Positions 23,651 to 37,010 are shown, counted from the first letter of the stretch. The stretch: 64,000 bases of DNA from Lama glama (GCA_028534125.1 CM052817.1:66590001-66654000); one strand, 5' to 3'. Translations and numbers: made by a program. Notes: generated by a model not told the origin, from the sequence alone.

Positions 23651-26600
23651 AATGAGAAAGCTGAGAGTAGCAGCCTATTGAAACATATTTGTGCAAGCAC
23701 AAGAGAGCCAGAAGAATGTGGCATACCCTCTCCTAATGACTGTTTAAAACTGGCAAAAACACAAGGTATATTAGTGAGAGGGGACTCTGTTTATCCAGAT
23801 AGCATGGGACTCTGTTCCTTGAGGAGTCACACGGGAGACATCTGTCCCTCACTCTGCAGAATTCATCTCTCAGAAGTTTGAACTAACAACAGTAATAAGC
23901 AAACCTAATTTGGGGATTATTAAATAGTAACAATAATCACAAGCAGATAATAAACATAATCCAATAAACACAAACCAATGAAATTTTAACCTTCCGATCA
24001 CAGTAAGAAAACATGGAGAGGAAATTTTATAAAGAAGTAAATGAAGTTTCATAGTAAGTTCTCCATGAGCTCACATTTGAAGAGGCCATGTTGAGATCAG
24101 AGGAAAGGTGGCCAGGCCAGTCAGGGCAAATCTGAACAACAATTAGTGGTGTGAGCCATCTATGCATGTACCACCTTGTGTTTGGCACCTAACAGATGCT
24201 CTGAGGGATTTGTTAAGTTACGTTAATTAAATCTATATTTGAGGAAATAAAAGCCAAGCGGAGGAAATTCTTTACCTGAGTTTCGACGTGGAAGAATAAA
24301 GAAGGATCAGGTACTCTGCTTGGAGTAGTTGCTCTGATACTAACAGGTGACAAAATGCGGAGAGTTTTGTCTCCATCTCCTCTGATGTGAAGCACATTCG
24401 AACTAGAAAAGTCAAAGCAACATGAAGGATTTGAAAGCTTAGAAGGGATTAAAGACCATCTCAGTCGTTTAAATGAATCCAAGTTTGCAGGCTCAGTTGT
24501 ATTACTTGCTGGGTCACTGAAACAAAGACATCACTCTTGGTAATCTTTGAGAAAACGTGGAAATTAGAGAGGTGCCGAGTTTGGCAAATACCTTGATTTT
24601 CCAGAAATAGCCTCACAGCTGTGGAATAACAAATACAGTGTCAATTCCCAGTGATATTTTGGAAAGCCTTATGATTTATGAATATTGAGGGGAGAGAAGG
24701 CATTTACTAATAAAGTCATTATTCTCAGTAAGATCAGGAATGCAAAATAATGAACATTCTTTTTGGGTAAGCTTAATAGTTTAGTCAAAATTTTCTAAGT
24801 TAGGCATTTTTTCCCATGGTTATATCTTGGACAAAGAGAAGCAAAGCCTGAAAAATGAAACAGGTAGAGTCTTCACTTTCCAAATAACATTCTCCAGAGT
24901 GAATGAATGGACTGATAATCAGCCTGGAGACCTTGTAGTGACTTGTTTTAGAGTTTGTTACTTGCTCTGTCCTAGTCAACCTTTCTTTCTTCGTGAACTT
25001 TAATAGGTACCCAAGTTTCTGAATATCAATTTCTCAGCTGGAATAAAGCTGAGAATAAGAAACATTCAACGTTTATAAGGAATGCTGCTTTGCAGGCAGT
25101 TTGCCCAAAGAAATTGACTTCTTAGTGTATTAGAGATTTACTATCATATTTAAATTTTTTTGTGTGGGTGAACTTATTCTCTTCTTACACTCAAAAAATT
25201 AAAAAAAAAAAAGAAGAAGGACAGGGGACTTTTAACTTTCTCCATTCCAAATGACTTTCCAGGGAAATGAAAGAAAAACTGGCGCCCTTTATAGGACAGA
25301 TAGGAAATACCATACTCCAGCTGAGGACTGAGAATTCCTCAAATAGGTTGTCAGTTTGACAGGTATGTGCCCTTGGTGAAATGTGTCATACACTTAAGAT
25401 CACAGTTAGTTAATTCTGAGTATTCGTTAGGGTTTTCCCATTCATTCAAAGTAGATGTATTCTGATGTGAAATTTACCAAAAACAATAGCTGGTTTCAGG
25501 GGCAGTGAGAGGGAGGTTTGTGGTTGAAGATGCTGCTGATCGGTATCATGTGCTCTAGTTCTCAGTAGATTCGGGAGTGACACCCTCCTCACAGGAGATC
25601 AATCAGTGTGTGAACCCTTGGGTGCCCATAAGAGTCTGGAAATAGCAAACTTAACTGAAGGGTACCTTTAATTGAATTTACTAAAGATGTCTGTCAGGTT
25701 CAAAAAGCAACACAGATGCTTGAAGTCTGATTCATGAAAGCTCCAGGTGGCAATATTTTACATTATTGTTCCATGTACATTTTAGATTTAGTGTTTGCAT
25801 GTTTGTTCCTTATGATTCATCAATTCACCCCATAAACTATGAAAATGTAAATTATAAAATTAAATCCTTGCATACACAGGAAAGAAAATATAATCCTGCT
25901 TTACATCTACTGTTCTGAATAATTCCACTGAACTTTGGTTTAAGAAATCTTTTTTCTTTTACCCCCACCAAATAACATGATACTGCTTTAAGAATTCCAA
26001 ATTTTCTTGTGTTTCCTTCTCATTTTCCTGCATTACAATAAAAGAATCAGTAATACAAAATATTTTTGAAGACTGTTTTCCCTACCTTTCTGTGAGTCAT
26101 TGAAAATCTCTTGAGGCTGATACAATATTTTGAATTATATTATATTTATTGTAACTGAAACCTAGAAGTGTCGAATCTAGGATGCTTATATTTTTAAAAA
26201 CTCTATTGAAACAGTTAATTTTAAACACTTTTCACAGTCAGTTGTTTTTCCAAGACACAGTTCTTTCCTTCTCAGGATTCATTCATTTTTAAACATTAAT
26301 ATATGCTTGCTCTATGCTAGACATTAGAAGTAATCATTACTGTTGTAATTTTTTATTAATTGGACACTGCAATTTGATACATTAAAGCAGTGAATGTGTA
26401 TTATTTATTACTGTAATAAAAGTGCACTCATTTTTTAAGCATCCCTGTCACCAGCATTTTGTAGGGAAAAGAGCAGTGTGGCCATAGCCCTACTAAAGAA
26501 GAAGATGACAAAAATCTTAAAAATTGTGGTACTTTAGGGGACTGCTGCTAGACTGGCACTTGAAGCTACTCGAGCCTGTACCTTGGATGCCATTGGTGCC

Positions 26601-27494
26601 CGCCCACATACGCCTTCCCTGGCCTGTGCACCATCCTTGGCAGAACCACCCTGTGAATGAGAACTTCCTTCCTCCCAAGGTTATGTCATCACGTAACAGG
26701 TTGCAAAGTTTCACAGCTGACACTCAGATGTATAGGTAAAACATCTGACTTAGATTTTCTCTTTTTCACACTGCCCTCATCTCAAAGGGTGAAGAGGGGA
26801 ATGATTTATTATGATCTAGTAAATTTAGTACAGTTCAGTAATAAACGCAGTTATTTTAGGAAACAGCCTGCTGGATAACTTCTTCATATTTCCCCCTCAG
26901 CCCTCCCTTCTGTCTAAAATGGCCTTGTTTTAAATAAGTGAAGCTGCGTCAGACTCATCTAGTAAGAAACCTCCCCACCACCACTGCGCCATCGTTGCCA
27001 AGGCACGATGCACATGGCACCAGAAAGAAGGTTGGGGCTATCCTAGGCGTCTTGGTGTTTTGGAGCTCCTCCACCCCAGGATGCTACATCCAACACCAAG
27101 AGGGGTCGTGGCTCCAGGAGAAGCCAGGAAGTTGACATCTGACCTGAGCTATACCCTACAGCTGCCTTCCCACCGCAGGCCGCCAAGTCTAGGAAAGCAG
27201 ACTTTCCTGTTTCTCTTTAGGTCTAAGTGGGATTTCATTTATGTAATGCTCCATGATCAATCCACCAGGCCTGGCCTTAGATATAGTAATAGGTGCCAAT
27301 GAATTTTAGAAAATTTTTTTCTGTTTCAATCAAATACGTCTTTGAAAATGAAACCTAAACAATAGCCTTGTTCTGTCCCCATCTTTGCTTTCTCTGTTAG
27401 GATAAGCCTCAGAGCAGTTTAGGCTTGAAAGTAGAGGGTGTAAGGAATATAATTTAAATGGGAAATGGAAGTCTGTGCTATTAATATGTTCAAA

Positions 27495-27725
27495 ATAACA
27501 TTTATTTAGCACTTTCTACATGTAAGATTCTAAATTGCATTAAACCTTATAATATGAAATTCTCATATGATTCTGATAAAAATTATGGCATAAAATTTAC
27601 TATTCATAGTTTCAGGATGGGGATACAAGTAACTTTCCAAGATAACATAGCTGGTATATTGAAAACTTGAATTCAAACCCAGATCCATCTGACTTCAACA
27701 TTCTTACTATTAACCACAATACCCA
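27495..27725 (-). mobile_element. MIR SINE
   Basis: taacatttatttagcactt…aagtaactttccaagataacatagctggta…attcaaacccagatccatctgacttc…taaccac. Confidence 0.75.
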
Positions 27726-27859
27726 CCCACTGTCAAATCTCTCAAGATCACAATTTTTTTTCTATGAAATGTATTTCTGTGAAATCATACATACTGCATA
27801 TATATTATATATGTGTATACATGTATATATAAAACTATATATGAAATATGTATCTGGTT

Positions 27860-27952
27860 AATGTAAGGGTGAGCAAGTAGACTTTGTGGTCAAGTTGCTT
27901 TTATTTGAATACGAGCTTCCCAAATGTTATCTGTATGACCTTGAAATTAGTC
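27860..27952 (+). mobile_element. MIR 5' part (host of nested LTR)
   Basis: agactttgtggtcaagttgc…tttgaatacgagcttccc…ctgtatgaccttg. Confidence 0.55.
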
Positions 27953-28662
27953 CCTATCAGTATATGTTATTGATGTGTAAGAAACAACCACCAAAATGTT
28001 AGCTGAGAGCTGAAAGCAATAATCACCTGTTATTTTTCATAATTCTTTGGGGTGGCTAGATGGTTCTGCTAAACAGTGCTGTGCCTTGCTGTATTGACAC
28101 CTGAGGCAAAAGGAAAATCAGGAATATTGATCCTGCTCTGATTTAAAATGTTGATATTTTGTTCATCATAGAATTTTGGCATCATAGAATTTTGAACTAT
28201 TGCATTAACATATTATTTATTTTTATTTCTGAGTCTTCTGTTTGCCCCCTTAAAGTCTGCACTCAGTGCAACGGCCTCACCCCAGTCCTGGCCCTGTCAC
28301 TGAGGTTGGGCTCACTCTTGAGATTGTGGTCAGCTGACAGGTTAGCGGGGAGCTGACTAAGGAGCAGCAGAGAGGCAACGAGGATGGCTGTGGTCATCTC
28401 ACGGGCATGTGCCCCTTGTATCTTCCCCGCAGACTAACTGGGTTGTCCTCTTCATGAACACAGAGACGTGAGACAGAATTCAGAGACATGCGAGCTCTTT
28501 TGCACATCTCTGCTCGCGTCAAGTTTCCACTGGCCTGTGGCCAAACCAAGTGACAAGGGCAGAGTCAGTGTGGGAGGGGACCACACAGTTATCACTTGCA
28601 AGACAAAAGACACGAATACAGGGAGGCCATTAATTAGAACCAGAATGTAATCAATCTAACCG
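27953..28662 (-). mobile_element. MaLR LTR (MLT1F/G/H-like), interrupted by a MER96B-like element
   Basis: tattgatgtgtaagaaacaaccaccaaaa…tggttctgct // gggctcactc…tggccaaaccaagtgacaagggcagagtcagtgtgggagggga…aatcaatctaacc. Confidence 0.8.
28074..28296 (-). mobile_element. MER96B-like hAT DNA transposon (non-autonomous)
   Basis: Reverse complement reads CAGGGCCAGGACTGGGGTGAGG…TTTAAGGGGGC…ATGATGAACAAAATATCAA…TTTTCCTTTTGCCTCAGG…GGCACAGCACTG, with CAG…CTG termini. Confidence 0.85.
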
Positions 28663-28810
28663 TCTCTCTAAGTCTCAGTTTCCTGAAATGTAAAATTAGA
28701 ATATCAGTGGATGCTACTATGTAAAATTGAGGTACTGAATGAGACATTTCTTATAAAGCTCTTAGCGTAATTCCTGGCACTTGCTAAACTTTCAACAACA
28801 GCTAATATTT
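28663..28810 (+). mobile_element. MIR core and 3' part (continues 27860-27952)
   Basis: tctctaagtctcagtttcctgaaatgtaaaat…tataaagctcttagcgtaattcctggcac. Confidence 0.75.
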
Positions 28811-29784
28811 TACTGTGCCTGTGACTATGTGCTAGACTCTGAATGAACATTTTGAACAACAGGGAACAGGACTGTCCCTTGGTCTGAGGGAGAGAACACA
28901 TGCTTCTGTTTTCTTACCTACTTAATAGAGGCAAGAAATGCACGAGATCGGTATGTAGACGTTAAATGTAGCGAATATGAATGTGTCTGTCAGGGTGCAT
29001 CCCGTACACAAACACCGAATGCTGTGTGAAACTGAGCCTGAATTTCTTTATCAAGAAGCACACGTGGCTTACCAAAGCAAAATGCTTGGGAAAAATGAAG
29101 GTCAAGCATAGGCCACACGAGAGAAGCCTTGACTTACCTGGGATCCGACTGTCTCTAGAGCATCTTACGAATGTAACCGTGGGCAGGAACACCTATAGAC
29201 TAAATTTAGTTTAGGGAAGTGAAGTGTCTGTGTGTGTGCCTGCACAGGTGAGACCGTAAGAAGTGTTATTCCCAGCGTTGCTGGAATTGCTGGGCTCCTT
29301 GCCTCTAGATGAGCTGACTGATGAAGGAAGGTGATGAAGGATGTGACTGACTGGACCCACTGGTGGAGAATTTCCATTATTATGCTGTTTCTAGTTTCTT
29401 CCAGTGATAACTCTACAATATGTAAGCCACACAAAAGAGGCAATGAGTATTAAATTTCAGGAAGGTGATATTTATAATGTGCCCCATGGGTAAATGTTTG
29501 AAGAGTAGAGTAAGAAACTATGTGAATTCCTGGGATTCTGCAGATTTAAAGGGAAGCTGAGACCTAAACAGGTTAAAAAATGATTGAGGCTGGGAATTGT
29601 CCAATGAATCCTGCCATCCTTTGGAACAGCAGCCCCAGCTGAGTGCCCCAGTAAGGGAGGACACATTGTCTTATGCAGAAATATTCTTGCTCTTCTTTCA
29701 AAAACCAAATTTTTCAAATGTACTTAATTGCAGCATCATATTGGGAAAAATTCAAGTCAAATTTATAGTTTAAAAAGTGCTGAA

Positions 29785-30440
29785 TCTGCATCCCTAAAGT
29801 ATGAGCTACACATAGTATACAGACTTCCTTCTAAAAATTACAATATGAAGTAGGGGTGTGGAGGGGTGTGGGGTAGCTTTACAGTGGAGAAACCTGGCAA
29901 ACACACAGCCAGGTGATCAAGGATAACACCTGGTTATCCTTGGTGAGTTGTGCTGAGAGTCTGCACCATTGATGTGATGTGATGTACTGAGACTGGCACT
30001 ACACTTAATATGGTCTCTCTCCTCCAAACTGATAGCCTCCATCTAGTCATGAGAAAAACATCAAAGTCCCTCTTATGGGTCATTCTACAAACCACTGACC
30101 AGTAATTCTTATCACTGAGAAGTCATTAAAAACAAGGAAAGTTTGAGAAACTGTTACAGTCAGGAGGAGCCTTAGGAGACACGGCAGCCAAATGCAATGT
30201 AGTGTCCTGGGTGGGAGCAGAAAAAGGGCATTAGGTAAAACCCAAGGAAATCTGAATAAAATATGGACTTTAATTAATAGTCATGGACCAATATTGGTTC
30301 ACTAGTCAAGAAAATATGCCATACTAATGTCAGATATTAATAACAGAAAACTGGGTTCAGAGTCCATGGGAGCTCTCTCCTGTCTTTACATTTTTTCTTT
30401 AAATCTAAAACTGTTTAAAAATGAAGAGATTATTTTAAAG
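29785..30440 (+). mobile_element. L1MC-type (L1MC4-like) 3' end
   Basis: ctttacagtggagaaacctggcaaacac…aaaaacaaggaaagtttgagaaactgt…aggaaatctgaataaaatatggacttta…taaatctaaaactgttt. Confidence 0.9.
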
Positions 30441-31639
30441 ACTGATTCTAATTTACACTTCGGTTAAGAACCCAGAATTTGCTTTTTTTTTAAACAAAGC
30501 ATAAAAAATGAGTTTTTAGAAAAATGTGAAAAATTTTTTATTTGACAATTATGAATTTTTCTATTTACCAAGGACTATTTTCATAAACTTCAGCCCAAAC
30601 ACCAATTACATGGTGAGTTAAGAGATAATTAGAAGCAGTTGCATTAACAGTTAATAGCTCAAGCTGAAGTATTTTATAACTTTTTTCTTTATTTTGTGCA
30701 CTGTTATTCTACAGTACCTTGAACAAAATCTAAAATATTACTGTTTTTGCCATTTGAAATTCAAAAGATCTTAGCTTAGAATATCCCTTTGTAAGAAACA
30801 CAAATCCTTAGAGTTACTCGCTTATGTAATACAGAGATTCATAGACTACTAGGAGAAATCAGAGAAACAAAAGTGCTGGTTTTGACATTTTTTAAATATT
30901 GGCTTTGCTGCGATATAGCCAAGTACAAGAGGGTACCTGTAATTGTTACTCCGCTCTTCAATGTGGAAACTAAGGATAATTATTAAATTGCAAACTAAGC
31001 AATAGAAAGTAACCTAAAAATATTTACTCGGATTTTCCTTCAGCGGTCTAGCCAAAATAACTGTTAATACAAATGATTCTTTGTTTTTAGTTGTTATGCT
31101 CTGAGCTCTTTCACATTTATAAAACAAAAGAATCATAAATGCGTGCTAGTCAGTAGAAGAACGTGGACCTTATATTATTTCAGAGCTCAGCTATAGCAAG
31201 GGGGTGGCCACATGCTGTTTTAGTGTATTTCCCTCTAGACCAAAGTGAGTACCTGATGGATGCTTCTTAACAGCTGTCTAGTTTCTGGGCCATCTACTTG
31301 TGGCTTTCATCTATTACAGAAATAAATAAATGACCCAACGTACCAAAGTACATTCTATCTAAGTACGCATGTGTTCGTGTGTGTGCTAATAGAATAACAG
31401 GCTTTCCAGTTACTGTGATTATCTGGATTTATCTTCAGAGTGAAGTTTCCTGGCAGCAAGAATCATCTCATGTAAACACTGGATTCCCTGGAATTGCTCT
31501 TAATAAAAAAAATAGAACTTTAGCAAAAAGGACATTTATATTTAGTAATTCTATACTAGTTACAATGAAAATAGTAATAACAATCAAAACAACTATCATT
31601 TATTGAGTACTTAGTATATGCTTCTATGTGTTAAAAATC

Positions 31640-31755
31640 CATTATAAATTGTAGCTCTGAAGACAGAAGTTTGTCTGTTTGGGCTACTGTCCTGTCCCCA
31701 GCATCTAAAACATTAGCACATGCATAGTTGTCAGTAATTGTCAGTAAATGAATGC
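31640..31755 (+). mobile_element. L2 3' end
   Basis: tgtagctctgaagacagaagtttgtctgttt…tccccagcatctaaaaca…gtaaatgaatg. Confidence 0.65.
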
Positions 31756-32808
31756 CACACCTTGGTTACAGCAAATTAATGAGGCAGATGTTTTGTGCTG
31801 GACATATTCGCAAAAGTGGGATGAGCTGTTAATACACTTCTTTTCACAGTTAAAGCCGATTTTCACATCCAGGACTTGATGCTGTCAAGCCTGTACTCTT
31901 CCCATATTCCTGCATTGCCACGTTCCATTCATGCCAGGTGATTTTTAAATATAATTAAAATCAAACCAATCATTTTGATGTCCTTAGCTTTTTATTTTAT
32001 TTTTTTAATGAACTGACAACTAAAGAGAAAAAAAACGAAAATCTTTACACTAATGATTAACGATCAGTGAGGGGCCAGGAAAGGCCTTTGGCCTACCCCT
32101 GCACCAAGGCAAGGTCAGTCCCTCCACCAGGACTCAGACGACAGAAGTGGAATGAAATGAAAAGAAATTCTGTTACCTGAAGCTGCACTACGTGTAAGAA
32201 CCCTGGGGGTAATACAGTAGTGCTCTTTCATCCATAAAGTTGATGTTATTAAGATGAGAACAAAGGTAGCATAAAGTAATAGGTGGGTAGGGATTGAAAT
32301 GTTCCCATCTATTTTTTCCCATCTCTTGTCATATTTATAGAAAATGCCTTGTGCAGAACACTTAATCTTGAAAGAGTGAACAGTGAGAAACCTGCCCACA
32401 GTCACAGCACCTCTCCTTGCTCCGTGCGTATCAAGAGCACAATATGGTAGGACTGCTTGGAGAGAATAGACTGATGAGGCGAGGTTTGTGGAACAGATGA
32501 TCAGAGCACTCTGAAATGTTGCAGCAGACTTGCTAGCCCACATTATTACTTGTTTCCTCAATCCATTTAGCAAAAAAGCCGTGTTCGGAACTCACACAGC
32601 TTTAAAGTGCCACCCACTGCCCTTCTCCTACTGCAACTCCCTCCCTCCCTTCTTGATTGCGGACACTCGATATCTCATAGCTCATTTTCATCTGCGTTGT
32701 AAGTTGTGACTTTTATAAAGTAAAGAGATAGCCTTATGTTTTGTGAATGATAAGATGGTACATATGTTGAGCCTAATATTTCTCGGCTGTCTTGTACCTC
32801 CTGCCTTC

Positions 32809-33230
32809 TGTATTTGTGTCCTGCGGCTGTTATAACAAATTACCACAAACTGTGTAGCTTAAAACAATGAAAATTTATTCTCTCATGGTCCTGGAGGCTA
32901 GACTCATAAAATCAAGGTTGATTCCTTCTCAAGGCTCTGAGGGATCATGTGGTCCATGCCTCTCTCCAAGGCGCTGGTGCTTGTGGGCAGTTCTTGGTGT
33001 TCCTTTAGTGTCCCGTGGTGTTCTCCTTGTGTGTACCTCTGTGTGCCTCTGTCTTCACATGGCCTCCTTAAAGGACATCAGTCACTGAACCTAGGACACA
33101 TCCCAGTGCAGCATGAACTCAACTTGATCACATCTGCGAAGACCCCATTTCCAAACACGGTCACGTTCACAAGTACCACAAGTTAGGACTGAAACCTATG
33201 TTTTGAGGGAAGAAAGTTCAACTCACAGCA
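32809..33230 (-). mobile_element. MaLR solo LTR (MLT1B/C-like)
   Basis: TGTATT…ggctgttataacaaattaccacaaactg…catctgcgaagaccccatttccaaa…ttcaactcacagCA; 5-bp TSD CCTTC/CCCTC. Confidence 0.92.
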
Positions 33231-34764
33231 CCCTCCCCGTGAAGCCTCACTTGGAGGAAATAATGAAGGTGATTTTTACATCCTGGCAAATTCAGGGCTC
33301 GTTTGTGGGTCTTGCTCTTCCCCTCGCTTCCACACACAGTGAGAACGGCAAGTTCAAATGAAGCCCTTGGTAAACATCATTATGCCTGGAAAAGGTTATG
33401 ATAAACTCCAGGGTTCCAGAACTCTCTTTTGTCAAGGGGCCCACCTAGTAAGGGGACCACACTGAGACCGGGAAGAGACTGAACAAGGGTTCGGAGGGCT
33501 GGCTTGTTGACAAAGGAAATACCCAGAAGGAAGTAGGGAAAGAGATCCCAAGAACCTAAATCCACGGAGTTTTGTGAATTTTTCTAAGTTGATTGTCCCC
33601 ACAGTTCACCAAACATGTGATCAGTTTTCTGAGAAGAATGTTTAAAAACCACATGCAATTCCTGGAAATATAGTAGGAGCATTTTATTTAATGCCACACA
33701 CATTAAAAACACCCAGGGAGGGAGTCCTGCATTTCATCAGAAAGGAATCTCCCACTGCTAGATGAGACGGCAGTTTTGAGCATGAGAAAAAAATTCTTTT
33801 TTCTAAATTTGTGTTTGTTTTTCATGGAGAGCCACGTATGGTTTATAGAGCCAAACATTAAAAATGTAAATGTCGGTGGTGGGTAGGCATGAGTTGAATT
33901 AATTAATGAAAAGAAAAAAGAAACCTTTCTTCATGTGGGATTATGTTAAAATGTTGGCACCATGGGCGTAAACTGTGCAGTCCTCGTTTACAGCTCATAA
34001 ACACCAAACGCCGCAGTGACAGGTGCTCTAATGACAGATGAGCTACTGCACACGCGGGCACCGGTACAGCAAGGGCCTGCACGCAAGACCGAATGAACAG
34101 CCAGAGGCAGCAATGAAGTCGTTCCTGGGAGAGCCTCTGTAGTTCACCCAGGAATACATAGCTTTCTGACACAGCCGTTGTATTTACTGATGTAGCACCC
34201 TTTCAATAGATTGATCAAAAGACTGATTCTAGATTTAGATCAGAAAAAAAAATTTTATCAGGTCTGGGACTAGGTCTCTTCCTGCTTCTCGGTGTTACTG
34301 ACATAAACGATTTTCATTCCTAGTGCAGTTGAGATGTCTTCCTCTCTATCTGTAATTCCTGCACATAATCAGAGCGCTGTTTCTTTTTGCTTCGTCTCAT
34401 GTATTTACCACTTCAGTTGTTGTTCTGTGCTATAAAACAAGATAAATGGTGCCCTGTATGTTGTTCTGCCATCAACCCCTTGGAAAATAATGCAGCATGG
34501 TTATGTAACAGGAATTTTATACGTGGTTTCTTAATTGAGGAGAAAATTGTCTCTTCCCAGATTCTTTCATTAAAGTTATGTAAGATCATTGACATTTTTG
34601 AATTATGAAATTTCTCCCCTTAGAAGTGACATGTAAGAATCTATATTTGAGGCAAACTAATTTAGAAAGTTATCTAGTAATAGCTTTACGATTTAGAGTG
34701 TTTGTATATATCTCAGTTCCATAAATTAACCACAAGTATTTCCTGAGACAAAGCACGATGTAAT

Positions 34765-34880
34765 TTAATCTGCAAAAAAGGACATAATAGTACCTGTTTC
34801 AAATCTCGTTGTGATTAAATCAATCATTGATGTAAAGTACCACAGCATCTGTCTAGTGAGTGTTCTATAACTGTTAAACC
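34765..34880 (+). mobile_element. MIR 3' fragment
   Basis: ataatagtacctgtttc…gttgtgattaaat…tgtaaagtac…gtgttctataactgtta. Confidence 0.6.
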
Positions 34881-35104
34881 AAAAGAAAACTAGAATATTT
34901 CCAAAATAAGCATTTTCAAAATAATTTCTATGGAATTTTTTAATATTCTCTCCATGTCATTAAAATTAAATATTTTAAAACATAATTTTCTATATGATAT
35001 TTTTTGGAATACAACAAAATGTAATCTGCAGGCTCCAAATAAGTAACACTTTTCAGATAATTAAGCCATTACAACTGGAGATTATTTTCTTTGCAAGAAC
35101 CGTG

Positions 35105-35220
35105 TTTTGTGTCACTGGAGTATTTAAGCAGAAGTAGGAGGGCCCACGTGGGACCCCCCTCGTAGGTGGAAAGAGGACTAAATGACCTCTGCTCCCCCTC
35201 AGGCCTCAATCCTGTATCCC
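35105..35220 (+). mobile_element. L3/CR1 3' terminus fragment
   Basis: gtcactggagtatttaagcagaag…ggactaaatgacctct…. Confidence 0.5.
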
Positions 35221-36769
35221 ATGGAAACCAGGCCTATCATCTTGTTTCTTGTCATCTTTGCCTTCAGAACATCCTAAATATTCACGCAATTTTAATACCA
35301 CCTCATTTTCTGTTTTGTTTTGATTCTTCCTTTTAATTACAGTTTGAAAACCCAGAGCAGAGGACTAGAACAGGTGATCTTCACTCACACTGAGGAAGCC
35401 CTAGGCATCATCTGTTTCAGCAGTTTGGGCAGTCCCCTTAGAAACACCCCCACCACAGAAAGTACACCAAGTCGATCACAACCTGGAGTGAATGTGGCGC
35501 TTGAAGACAAAGGCCAGCCCTGGACAAGTGCCAGGCTGACTCAGGAGCTTAAGTTCGCTGCTTATCTGGAGAGCAAGCCAAAAACATTCCAGCATTCAGC
35601 ACTCCTGTTCAGTCTCCGCCCTGCTCTGCCTTACTGCCAAGGTAGAACAAAGAGAATAATGAAGTCTGCCCACTTGAAATTTGCAGGGAAAATGCTCGGT
35701 TTTTTTTTTTCCCTCTTGGGAGACAAATTATGTAGAAAGGAGAAACCTCAGAGTCCTCATAGTACAGATGGAAAATTGACAATTACAGGGGATGCATATG
35801 AGCTGCTCAATTTAACAGCAAGGTCTTTGAAAGAATCCAGATCTCCTGACATCTTGATCTTTCCCAGATGCCATTGCTGCTCAGTAGGAAAAAGTACTGC
35901 CCCTCATCTCCTTCCAAATTTCCCATGGCCATTTTTTTCCCTGTGATGATATGGCCAGCAAGTCCGTTCCCTCCCATCAGTTATAAGCTTAATTTCACTG
36001 GAAACTGTATCTACTAATGAGAGGATAAATACACAGTCTCCTTCAGCTCCGTATTTTGCTCAGAGCAAGAAATGCTTTTGATGAACTAAACTGTTTAAGC
36101 AATGTCTTTGCATTGTACGTTTCTTTGTTAAGCAGTATGACTACCTTGTTCAATTGTTCATTTGCTTCCTCCTTCAGACTTATAGCCACTCTTTCAGGGT
36201 TCCATTGATTGGAAGAATTACTGCGTTGCAGTTAGATGTTTTCTGGTGGTCCCTGAGTCCTGCTACCTACCACTGAACCCGCTTTATTCTTCTGGTATAA
36301 ATAGCAAGAAGTAAGCTTCAGTTACGTAATTATTCAGGGCCTAACAGACACCAAATGGGTGTCCTTTCTCCAAGGAAGCCACCATTCGGGCTATCCACAG
36401 CCCTTTTTCCACTGAGCTGTGGTTCGTGAGTCCACCATGACTCACTGGCATAGGGGCAGTTTACATACCATGAAGAAAATGTTGGCAGAACTTACCCTAC
36501 CCTAGGAACTTAGAAGGGAAGCTATTGGGACATCTCCACATTTCAGTATTATGTGGAAAGTCTGAAAGTGGTCCAATTTTCCCCTTAAAGTGAGAATCTT
36601 TTCTTTTTTTTTTTTGTTGCACTTTTCTTACTGTATTAATCTTTGGATTTGAAGATCTCAATGCTGTAAGTGTAACTGGAAACACAGACGTTAAGGCCAA
36701 AACTTCTTTCTCTACTTTGTGCACGTGAGAAATATCCTTAGGCTTACTATATAGTCATCGATGTTTGTT

Positions 36770-37010
36770 TGTACTTACCATTTATTTATTACCTGATAGA
36801 TGTTGGGCATAGCACTATATATTTGACTTATTGAATCCTCGCAATCAGTTGACAAGAAAAACACTACCATCCCCTTTTTATAAGATTCTTTAAAATTAAG
36901 ACTCAGAATTGCCAGTTTCCTAAAATAGGCTCATAAGTTAAATAGCTGGGATTTAAAAACAAGTCTGAGATTAAAACCAAGACCCTTTTTACTAAGTGAT
37001 GCTAAAAACA
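36770..37010 (-). mobile_element. MIR SINE (degraded)
   Basis: ttaccatttatttattacct…ttattgaatcctcgcaatc…gctgggatttaaa…aagtctgagatt. Confidence 0.6.

Noticed and set aside
32115..32573. 152-aa minus-strand ORF
   Set aside because: Non-ATG start, no recognised homology, no supporting splice or poly(A) context
35320..35946. 208-aa ORF, the longest outside L1
   Set aside because: Starts at TTG, runs through a T10 tract, and has no recognisable domain or consistent exon structure; compatible with chance. TBLASTN conservation would be needed to rescue it
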